The notes below the pieces were generated by a model that made no database searches, was not told the DNA's origin, and saw only the letters and a list, made by a program, of their open reading frames with translations. Below are positions 12,606 through 24,780 of a stretch of 64,000 bases of DNA, piece after piece. Source of the DNA: Selaginella moellendorffii (taxonomy: Eukaryota > Plantae > Lycopodiophyta); contig NW_003314261.1 of assembly GCF_000143415.4 (NCBI RefSeq), forward strand, positions 496,001 through 560,000, written 5' to 3'. Position numbers and translations under genes: made by a program. The stretch's first letter is position 1; each line of letters opens with the position of its first letter.

Positions 12606-14321
12606 TGTGAGACATAAATCCCTAAACCGGAGTAGAAAGGGTGCCACATAATAGTGGTCAAAGTTGAAGTCCAACAAGTGTAACATATTTGGACCAAATG
12701 CTCTAACTTGAAAACTCGAGAGTGGGAATGGAATTTCAAATGAAATGCTCGAGGGATGAATAACAATTAGTGAATGAGTCTCTAAAAAGAGACATAAAAA
12801 GGACTGCCACATAGCAAGTGTTATGACATATGGAAGTGTCAGGAACGAGTTCAAGATAGACCTAAAATAGAGTCTGAGATGGAATCCAAGATGGAGTCTG
12901 AGATGGAATCTGAGATGGACTTGAAACAGAGTCTAAGATGGAGTCCAAGACGGACCTGAGATGGAGTCCAAGATGGACATAAAATGGAGTTCAAGATGGA
13001 GTCCAAGATGAAGTCCGAGATGGACCCAAGATGGAGTCCAAGATGGAATTTGAGATGGAGTCCAATATGAACCCAAGATGGACCCGATATTGTAGCGCAT
13101 GTGATCATGGGATGAGATTTGGATATATTGTCACTGTGGATCCTTGGAACCTTGGGGGATAAATGGGGATAAAATAGCCATTAAGGGCTCTCTCATCAAG
13201 CAATTGCCCCTTTTCCAGTTGGCTTAAGGGGAGAGAGATAAGGTGCGCTACAGATATGGACTCAAGATGGAGTCTAAAATGGAGTCTAAGATGGAGTCTG
13301 TGATGGTGTTTGAGATGGACTTGAGATGGAGTCTAAGATGGAGTCTAAGGTGAACTCGAGATAGAGTCCGAGATGGACCTGAGATGGAGTCTGAGGTTGA
13401 GACTGAGATCGAGTACAAGACCGAGACTGAGACTGAGTCTGAGTTTGAGTCCAAGTCCAAGTCTAAGTTTGAAGGTGAAAACCCAAAGCAATTGTCTTCC
13501 AAACCCCTCAGGGTTTGGTGAGCTCCAAAAATATAGTAGGGAGTGAATACAAATAAACAAGCAAAGTAACTTGATGAAGTGTTCAAGAATTAGCTTTAGC
13601 TCCCTCGGGAGATCAAATGGTCAATACTCCCAGTCCAAGTGTGGGTTGCATTACATACTTGGATACTTGGTGTGGCTCATCAGAACCTTGCTTTAGCCAT
13701 CTAGCTAGGACACCCAAAAGCAGATGGTGGGAAGAGTACCCACAAGGCTTGCATAGTGCCTTGGTGTTTCGAAATGTCATCCTAAATTCAAGAATGTGGA
13801 AAAAAAGAGGAGTAGTCCTCTTGAGTGGTGACCAAGGATGTGGTCATGCGGCAAGGAAGTCCCAAAGGTTAATGGGATGTAGTGGTTGGGCCTTTGGGCC
13901 TTGACCTAAAGACAATGTTAGTGAACATAGTTGTGGATGAAGAAGGATTTAATAGGGATTGAAAAAGAGATATTGGGGAAGGGTGTTCCTCATGTCACTA
14001 AGGTGTGATCAAGGGATGACAACTTATAAACGGATGGCCTAGTTTTCAAGAGACAAAATTGTAATGTGGGTGGTCTTGGACTACCAATGTAACAACAATG
14101 AATGAGCACGGCCTTAATGTAATAAATTCATATATTGGTGGTACCTTTAGGTATTAGTTAAAGGATTAGACATGTGGAGCACTTGGACCAAGTGCAAAAG
14201 CTAAGTGGCATAGATTGCATTTATGGGGTTGGTAAGTCTTCAAGTCCGTAATAAAATTTATAGAGGTTGTGAGTGAAACTCTTTCAAGTGGTTAAAGGTG
14301 TGGTTAAGTGAGTCTTTTACA
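12606..14321 (+). mobile_element. Decayed solo LTR of the same family (forward), nested in the outer solo LTR
   Basis: TGTGAGACATAAATCCC...GTGGTTAAGTGAGTCTTTTACA, collinear with 3819-5792; flanks CTTGG/CTTAA look like a degenerate TSD. Confidence 0.8.
13091..13252 (+). mobile_element. 162 bp mini-element with TGTAGCGCA..TGCGCTACA ends (probable TRIM solo LTR)
   Basis: 9-bp inverted termini beginning TG and ending CA; perfect 5-bp TSD GATAT (13086-13090 and 13253-13257). Confidence 0.8.
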
Positions 14322-14946
14322 CTTAAGTCCATTTTAGACTCTATCTTGGACCCATCTCAGACTCCATATCAGGTCCATCTCGAACCTATCTCGAACTCCA
14401 TCTTAGGTCTATCTTGGACCCATTTCGGACTCCATCTCAAGTTTATCTCGAACTCCATCTTAAGTCCATCTCAGACCTATTTTGGACTCCATCTCAAGTC
14501 CATATCAGGTCCATTTTGGGTTTATATTAAACTCCATCTCAAGTCCATATTAGACTCCATCTTAGACTCGTTCTTGAACTTCCATGTGTCACAAGACTTG
14601 CCATGTATCAATCCTTCTTGTATCCCTTTTTAAAAATTCATTCATCAATTGCTTCGTGCTCATCTTTTGAGCACTTCGTTTGAAGTTTCACTCCCACTTT
14701 CAACTTTCCAAGACAAAGCCTTTGATCCAAATATATTATGTTTGTTAAATTTCTACTTCGACCACTACCATATGGCACCCTTTCTACTCTACTTTGGGGT
14801 TTAGGGATTTGTGTCTTACATGTAGTTAATTAGATATTATCACTATTGCTTATTAAAAAAATAATACAATTTTAAATAAAGGTAAAGTAAATTACTTTTC
14901 TATAAATTGAAATTATCTATAATATCAATTAAAGTATATTTTAAGA

Positions 14947-15840
14947 ATGATTAAATTAATAAACTTAACAATAATAATGTTTAATTTTTCTATAGTTTAT
15001 GGAACACCTGAAGTTTACTGGGGGAAAAATAATTCCTTGTCAGAACAAGAAATAGGAATGATTATTAATCATGGATTTAATAATTTATTAAGTAAAATTC
15101 ATACAATAAATACAAGTTATCCAGTAAATTATGAAGATTTATTTGTGGTTAATTTAGGCTCTACAGGTTATGCGGTTGTGACTTTTTCTAGAATGGGAGG
15201 TAACCCACCTTATTGTGAATTGAGTCCATTTTCAAATAATATGAATACAATCCATGGTAATTCATTAAGAGCTACATTTAGAAGATTACTTAATTCATAC
15301 GAAAATGCTTTAATTAAAGCACGTTCTGATGAATGTCAAATAACTTCTACACTTTATCAACTTGAATATAGTATAGTTTTTAAATATAATCACAACAGAT
15401 ACAAAAATAAAGATAATACCTATTCATTACATAGTACTAATAATTGTGATATGAGTAAAACATCTTTGAAAATTGGATTTAAAAATAATTTACTTTATAC
15501 CAACCAATTTATAACATCTCCAAATGGGAAAAATATTTTACTGGTTGAGTCAAATTGTAAAGTTTCTTTATATTCTGGAAAATATTTATTATGGAGTAAA
15601 GGAAGTAAATATGATTATTTTGGACATTGTGTTTTTACTCTTCAAACAGATGGCAATATAGTATTATATTCTGAAAAAAATACTATTATGTGGTCTATTA
15701 ATAAATATTGCATTAAATGTTTATCTATAACATTTTTAACTTTACAAAATGATTGCAATCTAGTTTCTTATGAAGTGAAAAGACCAAATAAAATTTGGTG
15801 GGCAACAAATACTTATAACCATGTCAATTGTATAAAATAA
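14947..15840 (+). CDS. Putatively secreted protein with C-terminal bulb-type (GNA-like) mannose-binding lectin domain and an unrecognised N-terminal domain
   Basis: 297-aa intronless ORF; hydrophobic N-terminus; QxDxNxVxY motifs QTDGNIVLY and QNDCNLVSY, and the W-S/W-A-T signatures of B-lectins. Confidence 0.75.
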   Translation: MIKLINLTIIMFNFSIVYGTPEVYWGKNNSLSEQEIGMIINHGFNNLLSKIHTINTSYPVNYEDLFVVNLGSTGYAVVTFSRMGGNPPYCELSPFSNNMNTIHGNSLRATFRRLLNSYENALIKARSDECQITSTLYQLEYSIVFKYNHNRYKNKDNTYSLHSTNNCDMSKTSLKIGFKNNLLYTNQFITSPNGKNILLVESNCKVSLYSGKYLLWSKGSKYDYFGHCVFTLQTDGNIVLYSEKNTIMWSINKYCIKCLSITFLTLQNDCNLVSYEVKRPNKIWWATNTYNHVNCIK

Positions 15841-16491
15841 GAATTTTGTTACACAGCAAAGCTTGGTTTGCTTTCCTATTATGTTGAATAGTTAGAGAAA
15901 AAAACATTAAACAATAAAGATTCTTTTTGGATTATTTTATACTTAGTAATTGAATTCAAAATTTCTAGGACCTTCATATAAATTAAAATGATATAAATAT
16001 TCATATTCATTTTCCAAAAACTTCCTTGAAGATTTTGACTATAGAACTTAAACACAGCCTTTTACTTCAGATTGGAAAGCTGATCGTAACTATGAGCAAA
16101 TGAAGGTCCTAGAAAACTATGAGCACTTTACAAACTAACTATGAGTTTAGTTAGCTCATAAACTAACTATGAGCAAATGTTAGTCTTTTGCTCTAACATC
16201 TATGAGCATGCATGTACACAAGCAGAGACACACAATTTTCTCTAGGCAGAGAAATGATCCTAGCTCAAGTTCTTCTCCCAAGAGGTGAGCACATAAGTTT
16301 ATAAAACTGCATTTAAAATTTTTGGTGTTCTAGTTTGCACTTGCCACTTGTCATGTTGGACAATGTGAAGAGGTATGGAGGACTTGATTCTCCACAGTGC
16401 CCAGCAAGGCCAGATCATTGAGAATATCAAATGAGTGTAAAGAAAGGTTTTTTTTTTGTTCTATCACTCTTTGCAATTTAAGGAAGGCTTC

Positions 16492-16903
16492 CGGATGGAC
16501 GGGATAGGATGGAATATGCTTTACGTGCGTTCTCCTGGCGTGTAGCCATGGCGGGACTGTCTACGATGGACGCAAGTGTTTTGTGACAATGGTGGCGGAT
16601 TATGGAGTTTGCCCTCACAGGGAGCACTATTGCGTGCTGGTCCTGGGACGAGCTGGGCATTTGGGCGATGTGGAGGAGCTTGTGTATAGCATGCAGTTTG
16701 AGCCGGATGTTGTGGAGTGGACGGTTTTGCTTGGAGGGTGTAGGATCCATAATGATCTTGCAAGGGGAGCTCGTGCGGCGCAAGGATTTCTCGCGCTGGA
16801 TCCTGGGAACTCTTCTGCGTGCTTGCTGCTGGCCGATTTGTCTAGCAATTCATCGTCATCTGACGTGGATAACGAAACAAGAATGTGTGTTGCTGTTGGT
16901 TGA
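16492..16903 (+). pseudogene. 3' fragment (E-domain region) of a PLS-class PPR gene, copy of 21416-21830
   Basis: Near-identical to the end of the 19821-21830 gene, with deletions and no 5' part. Confidence 0.85.
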
Positions 16904-17199
16904 ATCCAAGTGAAGGTCGATTGGCATAAGAATGGAGAAACTTTGCCCGAATCAAGCACAGCAGGCAGGTATGTGCTCAACACTCCTTGTTTGGGATCTT
17001 TGTCAAGCAAATGCTGGCATGAAGTTTATTTGCCAACAGCTATCTAAGCTGTTTTTTCTGAAAGCGTTTGTTGCATCTATCACATTGAATTTATGATTGG
17101 CAGCTACAAGCTTCATTATCCTTTTGGTTGTGCCATTGGAAATTCCATGACTGAATTCAAGTATCATGAACATGTGTTGTATTTAAAAATTTCAAACCT

Positions 17200-18720
17200 A
17201 TGTAAAAGGGACTACATAGGAGTCATAATAAAAAAAACTCAAATAAAAAATTAAATCCCATACAAATTGTTTCCCAAGTCAGTTTTGATTTGTTGTTGTT
17301 GCATTCTCAGCTTTCAGTTAAGTTTATATGAGGAGATCAATAAAACTAAAATAAATTATTCAAACAATGTTAATTGATCAAAGGTTTTTTATTTTCTTTT
17401 ATATATTTTTTAAAAAATACATTAAAAATTATATTTTTCAAAAAAACAATTAAAAAATAAAAACTAAAAATTTAAAAAATTAAAAAGTTAAAATTTATGA
17501 ATGATCTCAACAACTCATAAAACAAAAAACCATGAAGTATAAACATTCACAATAATCTATTTTAGTGGGATCACTAAAAATTAAAAAATTGAAGAGAAAA
17601 TTTTAATATTTTATTTATCAACCATTTAATATCAATCATAATAACGAGGCAATCACTACATACAAAAAGTAAATTTAAAATATGTGAATGCTACAGTTTA
17701 AATCCCAACCATATTACTTGTATTATATTGTGTTATTCTCAAAATTAAAAAAATAAAATCTTAATAAATAATTATTATTAAAGGTTAAGTTGAATAAAGA
17801 AGAGTACACTATAGTTCATCTAATAACAAAATCTCAATATATAATTAATCATAAAAGTTTTTTAGAAGATGTATATATCTTAGAAATATCAATAATAAAA
17901 TGAGCATATAAAAAATTGAAAAAGTTAAATTATATATTTGGAAAATAAATATATATTTTAAGTGCAATTACAAAGTGATTAAAAAATTAATTTAAACCTA
18001 GCATATAATTTTTTATCCAAGAATATTCTCAATACTTTTAAAACTTTTTTATGAGGTTTAAACTTATTTTTAAAATAAAAATAAATGCAAAATTTTACCA
18101 TATAGTTTATTTTCATTAATAACATTTTATAATTTTAGTTCTTTTAAAGATGGATACATCTAAGCAATATCAATAATAACATGAGCATATAAAAATTATT
18201 AAAAAGATAATTTATATCTTTAGAAAATAAAAAATACATTTTCAGTGAAATTACACATATAAAAAGTGATTAAAAAAGTAATTTAAACCTATCATTATAG
18301 TTTTTATCCAAGAATATTTTAAATACATTTTATACTTTATTTGTGAGTTTTAAATTTATTTTTAAAAACAAAATAGTTGATTATCATTAATAAAATTTTA
18401 AAATTTTAATCATTTATTGAAGTTTTTTCTATTGTAGTATATAATTCTTCCTTATAAAAAAAAGTTAGTTGAAGAGGTAACGACATGATTGTAACCATCA
18501 TAATGCCTTTTAAGTCAAGGAATTATTTTTATAAAAGCTTTTATACTCATAAAACACTGTAAAGAACCTAAATATAAAAAAGATTATAAAATAAAAAACT
18601 ATTGGACTATAACAATATTAATTAATTAATTAAATTAAATTGAAAAGTACAAAAATTAATAGTTCAATTGTGTAAATTTATATGTAAAATGTTAAAGTGC
18701 TATTATTGTGAAATATCAAA
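17200..18720. repeat. Extremely AT-rich tract with a ~280 bp degenerate tandem duplication
   Basis: aagatg.ata.atct.ag.aatatcaataataa.atgagcatataaaaa at ~17866 and ~18147. Confidence 0.6.
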
Positions 18721-18864
18721 TTAAACTCTATCTCTTTCATATTTCCTTAGAACTATAATAAATTTTAAAGTCTTCAAGGTTGGTTTAGTGGTATAGATTT
18801 TGCTTAGGGTGCAAGAGTTCTCATAATGTCCCTTTTTCTTGCTTTTATTATATTGTAAATTTGA

Positions 18865-19440
18865 AAAGAGGAGGCTTCTTTGGTGAATAGAAAGTTGTAA
18901 AAAAAAATTGCAAACTAGAGTGCCCACACGCAAATCACAAATGCAACTTTGCCCCGCACACCACCGCCATCGCCAGCTCTACCTTCTTCCATAACGCCAC
19001 TGCATCGTCGACCCAATCGCCGGTGCCTCCTCCTGGGCTTCCTCTCAATCGTCCTCACATCCAAAACCTCCACATCAATCGATTTGAGGTCATCTTTTCC
19101 TCTTCTTCCTCCTTTCTTTCTGGATCTTGATCCCTCGATCTTCTAGACGCCTCCTGCTCCTCGCCAGGGCCCTTCATAGCCCTAAACTTTAAGTTATTTT
19201 TGAAAGATTAAGGCAATCACAGCTGCCCGTTTTGCAGGAATCACGAGCACGAGACAGGCTACAACGCATTCCCTGCTGTGGATTCTTCGCTGTCGCCGTC
19301 GTGCACGATCAATGAGGATTGTCATCGAAGCCGGCGCTCTGGATTTGGATCGCATGAGGTGGTCGTGAAGACGCCGGAGCATGGAATCCAATTCGCGGAG
19401 CTTCCTATCGACCAGGTAGAGCGAGTGCTTAAGGCGTTCA
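18865..19440 (+). pseudogene. Inverted degenerate copy of ~24500-25236, including a GALT/ADP-glucose phosphorylase-like fragment
   Basis: ~19220-19440 translates SCPFCRNHEHE..NAFPAVD..GFGSHEVVVKTPEHGIQFAELPIDQVERVLKAF; 18865-19190 is the reverse complement of 24770-25236. Confidence 0.75.
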
Positions 19441-19457
19441 TCACAACAACTTGAGTG

Positions 19458-19750
19458 TCATCACTGTCGAGCTTCAATGTTTCCCACAACAACTTGAGTG
19501 GTCCAATTCCAAGTTCCGGCAATCTCAACACTCGGTTTGTGGAGGCGGCATTTGGTGGCAACCCATTACTGTGTGGAGCTCCACTGCCACCTTGCTCACT
19601 ACCCAGGAGCCCAAACGAGATCATTGTGGAGAGGTTGATTTCTATGCGGCAGGGGTCATTGGTTTTTACATTTCACTTGTCTGTGTGCTGTTCACAAGCA
19701 TTGGTATGCTCCTGGAAAGCTTCATAAAAAAAATCTCTATCGATTCATGT
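19458..19750 (+). pseudogene. 3' fragment of an LRR receptor-like protein gene
   Basis: [46 protein letters not shown] matches the C-terminus of 26010-27992; frameshifted. Confidence 0.85.
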
Positions 19751-19820
19751 TAAGAGCATCGACGTCGAGAGTAAATATCAAATAGAAGGAAAGATGAAAT
19801 GAAAGACGATGGTGTGATGA

Positions 19821-21830
19821 ATGAAGGCACTGGCGGAGCTCATCAGGGAATGCAAGAGCGTCGCTGAGACACGAGGTTTCCACCGCCACATTGTCTCCAC
19901 CGACTTGACGAGCTGCGCCCATGGCGTCTACCTCTCCAACCTCCTCATCGACGCATTCGGGCGATGCTCCAGCGTCCAGGACTCCTGCATCGTCTTCCAC
20001 TCCCTCCGCACTCGGAACTTCTTCTCCTGGCGATCGCTCCTCGCGGCCTGCCTCCACAACAGCCTCCTCGCCGAGGCGGCACAGATCCTCGCGAAGGCGC
20101 CGCAGATGGACGTTGTCGGGGGCACTTCGATGGTGGGAGCGTACGCGCAGAGCGGCGATCTCGACGCAGCCAAGGCGGCGTTTGATCGCATGCCCTGCCC
20201 GAATTGTATCACCTGGACGGCGCTTCTCTCGGGATATGCCAGGAACGGGCATCTGGATCGAGCAAAGATGATCTTCGACGCGATGCCAATGTGGCACTTG
20301 GGCTCCTCGAATTCGATGCTGGCTGGATTTGCGAGAGTCGGCCTTGAGGCTGAAGCCGAAGACATCTTCTCACAAATGCAAGAGCGGGATGTTTCTTCCT
20401 GGACTAGCATGTTCGTAGCATTTGCCCAAAATGGGCATTTTTCAAAGGCGAGTTTTGTGTCCAGCGTGATGCCGCTCTGGGACGCCGTTTGCTGGACGAC
20501 AATGCTCGAGGCATACGGCGGCGGCTGCGTCGCGGAGGCCAAGAAACTCTTCGACGCGATGCGCGATCGCAGTGTCGTGTCGTGGACAATCTTGCAGGTT
20601 GGCTACGACCACGGGGGCCAGCTGCGGGAATCACAGCGTGTTTTCGATCGAATGCCGCTCCGGGACCTCGTTGCCTGGACAGCAATCCTGAGAGCCTACT
20701 GCGAGCGGGGACTCATCGACGAGGCTCTCGTTTTCTTTGACTCCATGCCGATGAGGAACATCGTTGCGTGGTATGCCCTTCTCTCGGCAGCTTGCCAAGT
20801 TGGAAGCTCGGATCAAACGAGACGAGTCTTCGATTTGATGCCTGGTTGGAACAAAGATGTCTACACGGCAATACTGGGCGAGAATTCCATCAACGAGAGC
20901 ATCGACAACACGAAACTCTGGTTTGATCGCATGCCCTCTCGCGACGTAGCTGCGTGGACCACTCTTCTCGGTGCATATGCCGCGAAAGGGTATCTTGACC
21001 AGACAAGGAATCTCTTCCACAAGATGCCCTGCCACGACACGGCGTCCTGGAACGCCATGGTCAACACCTCCGGGAGCTACGGCAGCGTTGACGAGTCAAA
21101 GTCAATCTTTGATTCCTCGCGGGAGCGTGACGTGGTGTCCTGGGCCAGCATCCTCGTCGCATATGCCCAGAACGGGCATATGGTGCAAGCGTTGGCCACA
21201 TACGAGCGCATGCCGTACCGCAACTTGGCCACCTACGGTGCCGTACTAACCGGCTACAGCAGGCACGCCCGTCTCACGGATGTGAAACACGTGTACGATG
21301 GGATGCCCTGCCACGATGCCCCCACGCGGAGTATAATGCTGGGAGCGCTCGCCCAGGACGGGGAGCTCGCGAGTTCGCTGGAGCTCTTCCGGGAGATCTC
21401 CCTGGACGGGATAGATCCGGATGGAATATGCTTTACGTGCGTTCTCCTGGCGTGTAGCCATGGCGGGACTGTTTACGATGGACGCGCGTGTTTTGTGACA
21501 ATGGTGGCGGACTATGGAGTTTGCCCTCACAGGGAGCACTATTGCGCGCTGGTTGATCTCCTCGGACGAGCTGGGCATTTGGGCGATGCGGAGGAGCTTG
21601 TGTATAGCATGCCGTTTGAGCCGGATGTTGTGGAGTGGACGGCTTTGCTTGGAGGGTGTAGGATCCACAATGATCTTGCGAGGGGAGCTCGTGCGGCGCA
21701 AGGAGTTCTGGCGCTGGATCCTGGGAACTCTGCTGCGTGCTCGCTGCTGGCCGATTTGTCTAGCACTTCATTGTCATCCTCTAAAGTTGACATGGATAAC
21801 GAAACAAGAATGTGTGTTGCTGTTGGTTGA
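19821..21830 (+). CDS. PLS-class pentatricopeptide repeat protein (E subclass, no DYW)
   Basis: 669-aa intronless ORF with repeated FDRMP.RDVVSWT motifs, LACSHGG, and HYCALVDLLGRAGHL..MPFEPDVVEWTALLGGCRIH. Confidence 0.9.
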   Translation: MKALAELIRECKSVAETRGFHRHIVSTDLTSCAHGVYLSNLLIDAFGRCSSVQDSCIVFHSLRTRNFFSWRSLLAACLHNSLLAEAAQILAKAPQMDVVGGTSMVGAYAQSGDLDAAKAAFDRMPCPNCITWTALLSGYARNGHLDRAKMIFDAMPMWHLGSSNSMLAGFARVGLEAEAEDIFSQMQERDVSSWTSMFVAFAQNGHFSKASFVSSVMPLWDAVCWTTMLEAYGGGCVAEAKKLFDAMRDRSVVSWTILQVGYDHGGQLRESQRVFDRMPLRDLVAWTAILRAYCERGLIDEALVFFDSMPMRNIVAWYALLSAACQVGSSDQTRRVFDLMPGWNKDVYTAILGENSINESIDNTKLWFDRMPSRDVAAWTTLLGAYAAKGYLDQTRNLFHKMPCHDTASWNAMVNTSGSYGSVDESKSIFDSSRERDVVSWASILVAYAQNGHMVQALATYERMPYRNLATYGAVLTGYSRHARLTDVKHVYDGMPCHDAPTRSIMLGALAQDGELASSLELFREISLDGIDPDGICFTCVLLACSHGGTVYDGRACFVTMVADYGVCPHREHYCALVDLLGRAGHLGDAEELVYSMPFEPDVVEWTALLGGCRIHNDLARGARAAQGVLALDPGNSAACSLLADLSSTSLSSSKVDMDNETRMCVAVG

Positions 21831-24044
21831 TTTGGGACTAATTTGATGGCATAAGAATGGAGAAACTTTGCCTGAATTAATCATAGCTTTTGAATACCAT
21901 ATGTGAGCTCATGTTCTATCTATTTCGGTCATCGGACATCTAAGCGGGTAAGTTTCTTGTTACGCGATTGCCTGACGATTGAAGAGCAGAAGAAGCAGAA
22001 GCAAGGGCGGCAGGAGTGGAGAATGGCAAGGAGGGCTCGCTCTCGGTCGCCATCAGAAGCTGCATTGATATGGAGCAAGAAATGATCGTCGGTTTATCTT
22101 AATAGGTTTCAAGCCGCTGATCAATTCTGTACAAGGACACTGAAATGCAGCTTGTCATCGGGAAGAGCCAAGTACGGGACGGTGATTGCAACCGCAGACT
22201 GGCCTGTTGAGAAGAGGTTTGTTTCTTTTCGAATTTCGCTGGCGCCCCATCTAGTTGCAGATAACGATGAAAAGAAGGCTTAGTTGCAGGAGGTCGTCCA
22301 AGTTCAATATCATCTTCAAAACTAGCTTGCTTGACAAAGATCCCAAGCATGGAATAACTTTGGCGAGAATATATAATAGAATGAGTAGCAGCTAGATGAG
22401 TTGTTTTTTTAAAAGGCGTTTGTTGCAACTATCTCCTTGAATTTACGATTGGCAATGCGTACGTTGCTGCAAGCACCGGAAGGCATCTACGAGCTTGCTT
22501 CACTCATTCCAATGGCGTCTCGGGAATAGGCAGCAGAAGCGGCAAGCTTATCACTCATGCTCCAATTTTCTAGAGTGAAATGGGCTGGATATGCGTAAGT
22601 GGGAGAGATTTAACTATTTTACAAGAAAACAAACTATTCGTACAAATTTAATAAATTTATAAAAGATGACAAAACATCAAAAAAGTTTTATTCATGGTCA
22701 AAAAAGTTTTAGACGATAATAATTTAAAAGGTAGCTTATAAGCCATGTGGTAAAAAAGTTTCCAAAGACCTATTAATATACTCAACATCTGATAAGAAAG
22801 TAATAAAATAAATATACTAACCATCATATGTTCAACACACTAACATAGAGCCATTTACCACTGATGACACCATTCACCAAACATAAGATGATCAAAGACT
22901 TATTTGATGCTTTAGGAGTTCCCCACTGAAATTCAAAACATTATCTTTTTCTTGAAATATAGAGTGTATCGTACCCAAATGAGATAGCTATGGCAAGTGC
23001 AGAAATTTGCTAAAGATCATACATAGTAAACAGGATGAAAGCAATAGCTACTCCACCCAAATAAGTTTCCACGACCAGATTCTTCTTCCCAATGCAAGAG
23101 ATAAATGCACAAGAGAGACTGACAGGTCTCCCAGTGCAATCCCGCAAGGAATGGGGTATGTTTCAATATAACCATACCCCCGTTGATTGGGATCATGAAG
23201 GTTACACTGCAAGGTCTGAAAGAAGCAATTACAACATTAGAAAGAGCACAATGGCTTACTCTTGGAATGATGCGATCGCTGGAGCCAAAAGACCGAGTTC
23301 AAGAAGCCTTAAGTATGTTTAAAACCTACCCTAAACTCAAAAGAACCCTGCTGTTATCGTTGTGCTGCAGTCCAGGAACAAACTCTTCGTACGCTGAACA
23401 AAGATTCCTTCTGAGAGTGAGGAACAGTCAAGACAACTAACCTTTCTGCGATTTAACTCCAGTATGCACGATTCTTTGATCGATAAGACAGTGATTCTTT
23501 GATCTAGAAGGCCATCGTATGTCGCTACCAACACGAGGATTCTGCTATGGTCTCGTTCGTTCCCTATCAAATGGAAGAGAAAAGGAGATCGACAGAGAAA
23601 TAAATCGTCCACGTTCTTCATTCCATGACAATGTAAAAATCTTACCAGATAGTTTATAGAATCGCTCAGTGTCATTTGTCACTGCGAGTTTTAGAATAGA
23701 AAACCATGTACACGAGGATTGTGAGAAGCCGTCAAAAAACTAAGAGCAAAGGTCAAGAGAATGGAAGAACGCAGAGCGAGCAAGCTCTTAATGCAATGCG
23801 AACAATGCTAGAGCTTACCTCAATTGAGAGAGCACAGTGAGCATGAAAGTCACGAACCTGTAAGAGTCTGTGCGAATGGAACCATCGAAGAAGAAACTGT
23901 TCGATTGATTTATTTACCTCTCTTACAATCCGAGAAAAATTGTCAAGCATTGCTTGAATGATAAGAAAAATCCGCACCTGAAACGAAGAATCACCAGCTG
24001 TTAGAGATACTGTTCTAGCGAGAAACTCTTAACCATGTACCAGA

Positions 24045-24752
24045 TCATTTGAGGACGCACTCCCTCAAAGTTTGAGCGGCTTTCTCCGGAGCCACCGTGT
24101 TGATGGTCCAACCAGTGGCAAGCTCAAAGCCTCCCAGCACTCCCAGTCGAGGGAGGATTGCAATGTACCAGCGGAAATACTCCGTCTTGGTTTCCTTGCA
24201 GAAAGGATTGTTGTAAAGCACGTAGTCGTATGGAGCGCCTGGAAATTGCTGCACTATTTTTTTCAATGTTAGATGAAGTAATCTCCCCAAATCCCCGATC
24301 TATACACGAGAATGCATGCGTTAGTGGAGAGTAAACCAAAAGAAAGAAAGAAGAATCATCACCTTGGAATCGCTCGTCTTCTCAAAGTTGGAACTATGGT
24401 TGATGGGAATAATCCACGTCTCGAACGGGAAGCGAGCTTCAAAGGGCGCCACCAAAACGATGACTGATGACTGATCGATCAACCTTGAGCGATCTCGAAG
24501 ATCGGCTTTCACGACCTCCTCATGTCATCCAAGTCCAGCGCGCGACAGCGGCAGCGAAGAATCCACAGCAGGAACGGACGCTCCAATCCAGCGCTCGCTC
24601 TCCCGGAATGCGAATGTCTCGTCCCCTCGTGATTCCTGCAAAACGGGCAGCTGTGATTGCCGCCGCACCACTGTGATTGGACGAATCGTGTGGCCGATTG
24701 CCGCGAGCAGAGGAGAGGATCACCCATCGCGGCTCTGCTGGAGCTCCGCCAT
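24045..24752 (-). pseudogene. GALT-family ADP-glucose phosphorylase-like pseudogene
   Basis: MAEL../WVILSSARGNRPHD/SCPFC and VAPFEARFPFETWIIP..GGFELATGWTINTVAPEKAA are present. The 5' part is frameshifted and the central region containing the catalytic His motif is deleted. Confidence 0.75.
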
Positions 24753-24780
24753 TTGCCCTAATAATTTCAAGTTTAGGGCT

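Larger units (their letters stand above)
3502..14820 (-). mobile_element. Old, decayed solo LTR (reverse orientation), interrupted by nested insertions
   Basis: 3502-3818, 11651-12294, 12456-12605 and 14322-14820 together reconstruct a reverse-complement LTR. 5-bp TSD TGTAG at 3497-3501 and 14821-14825. Many C>T/G>A differences from the young LTR. Confidence 0.8.

Noticed and set aside
22800-24000. Short minus-strand exon-like blocks with GT/AG boundaries
   Set aside because: Could not assemble a consistent frame or recognise a family; possibly a decayed gene.
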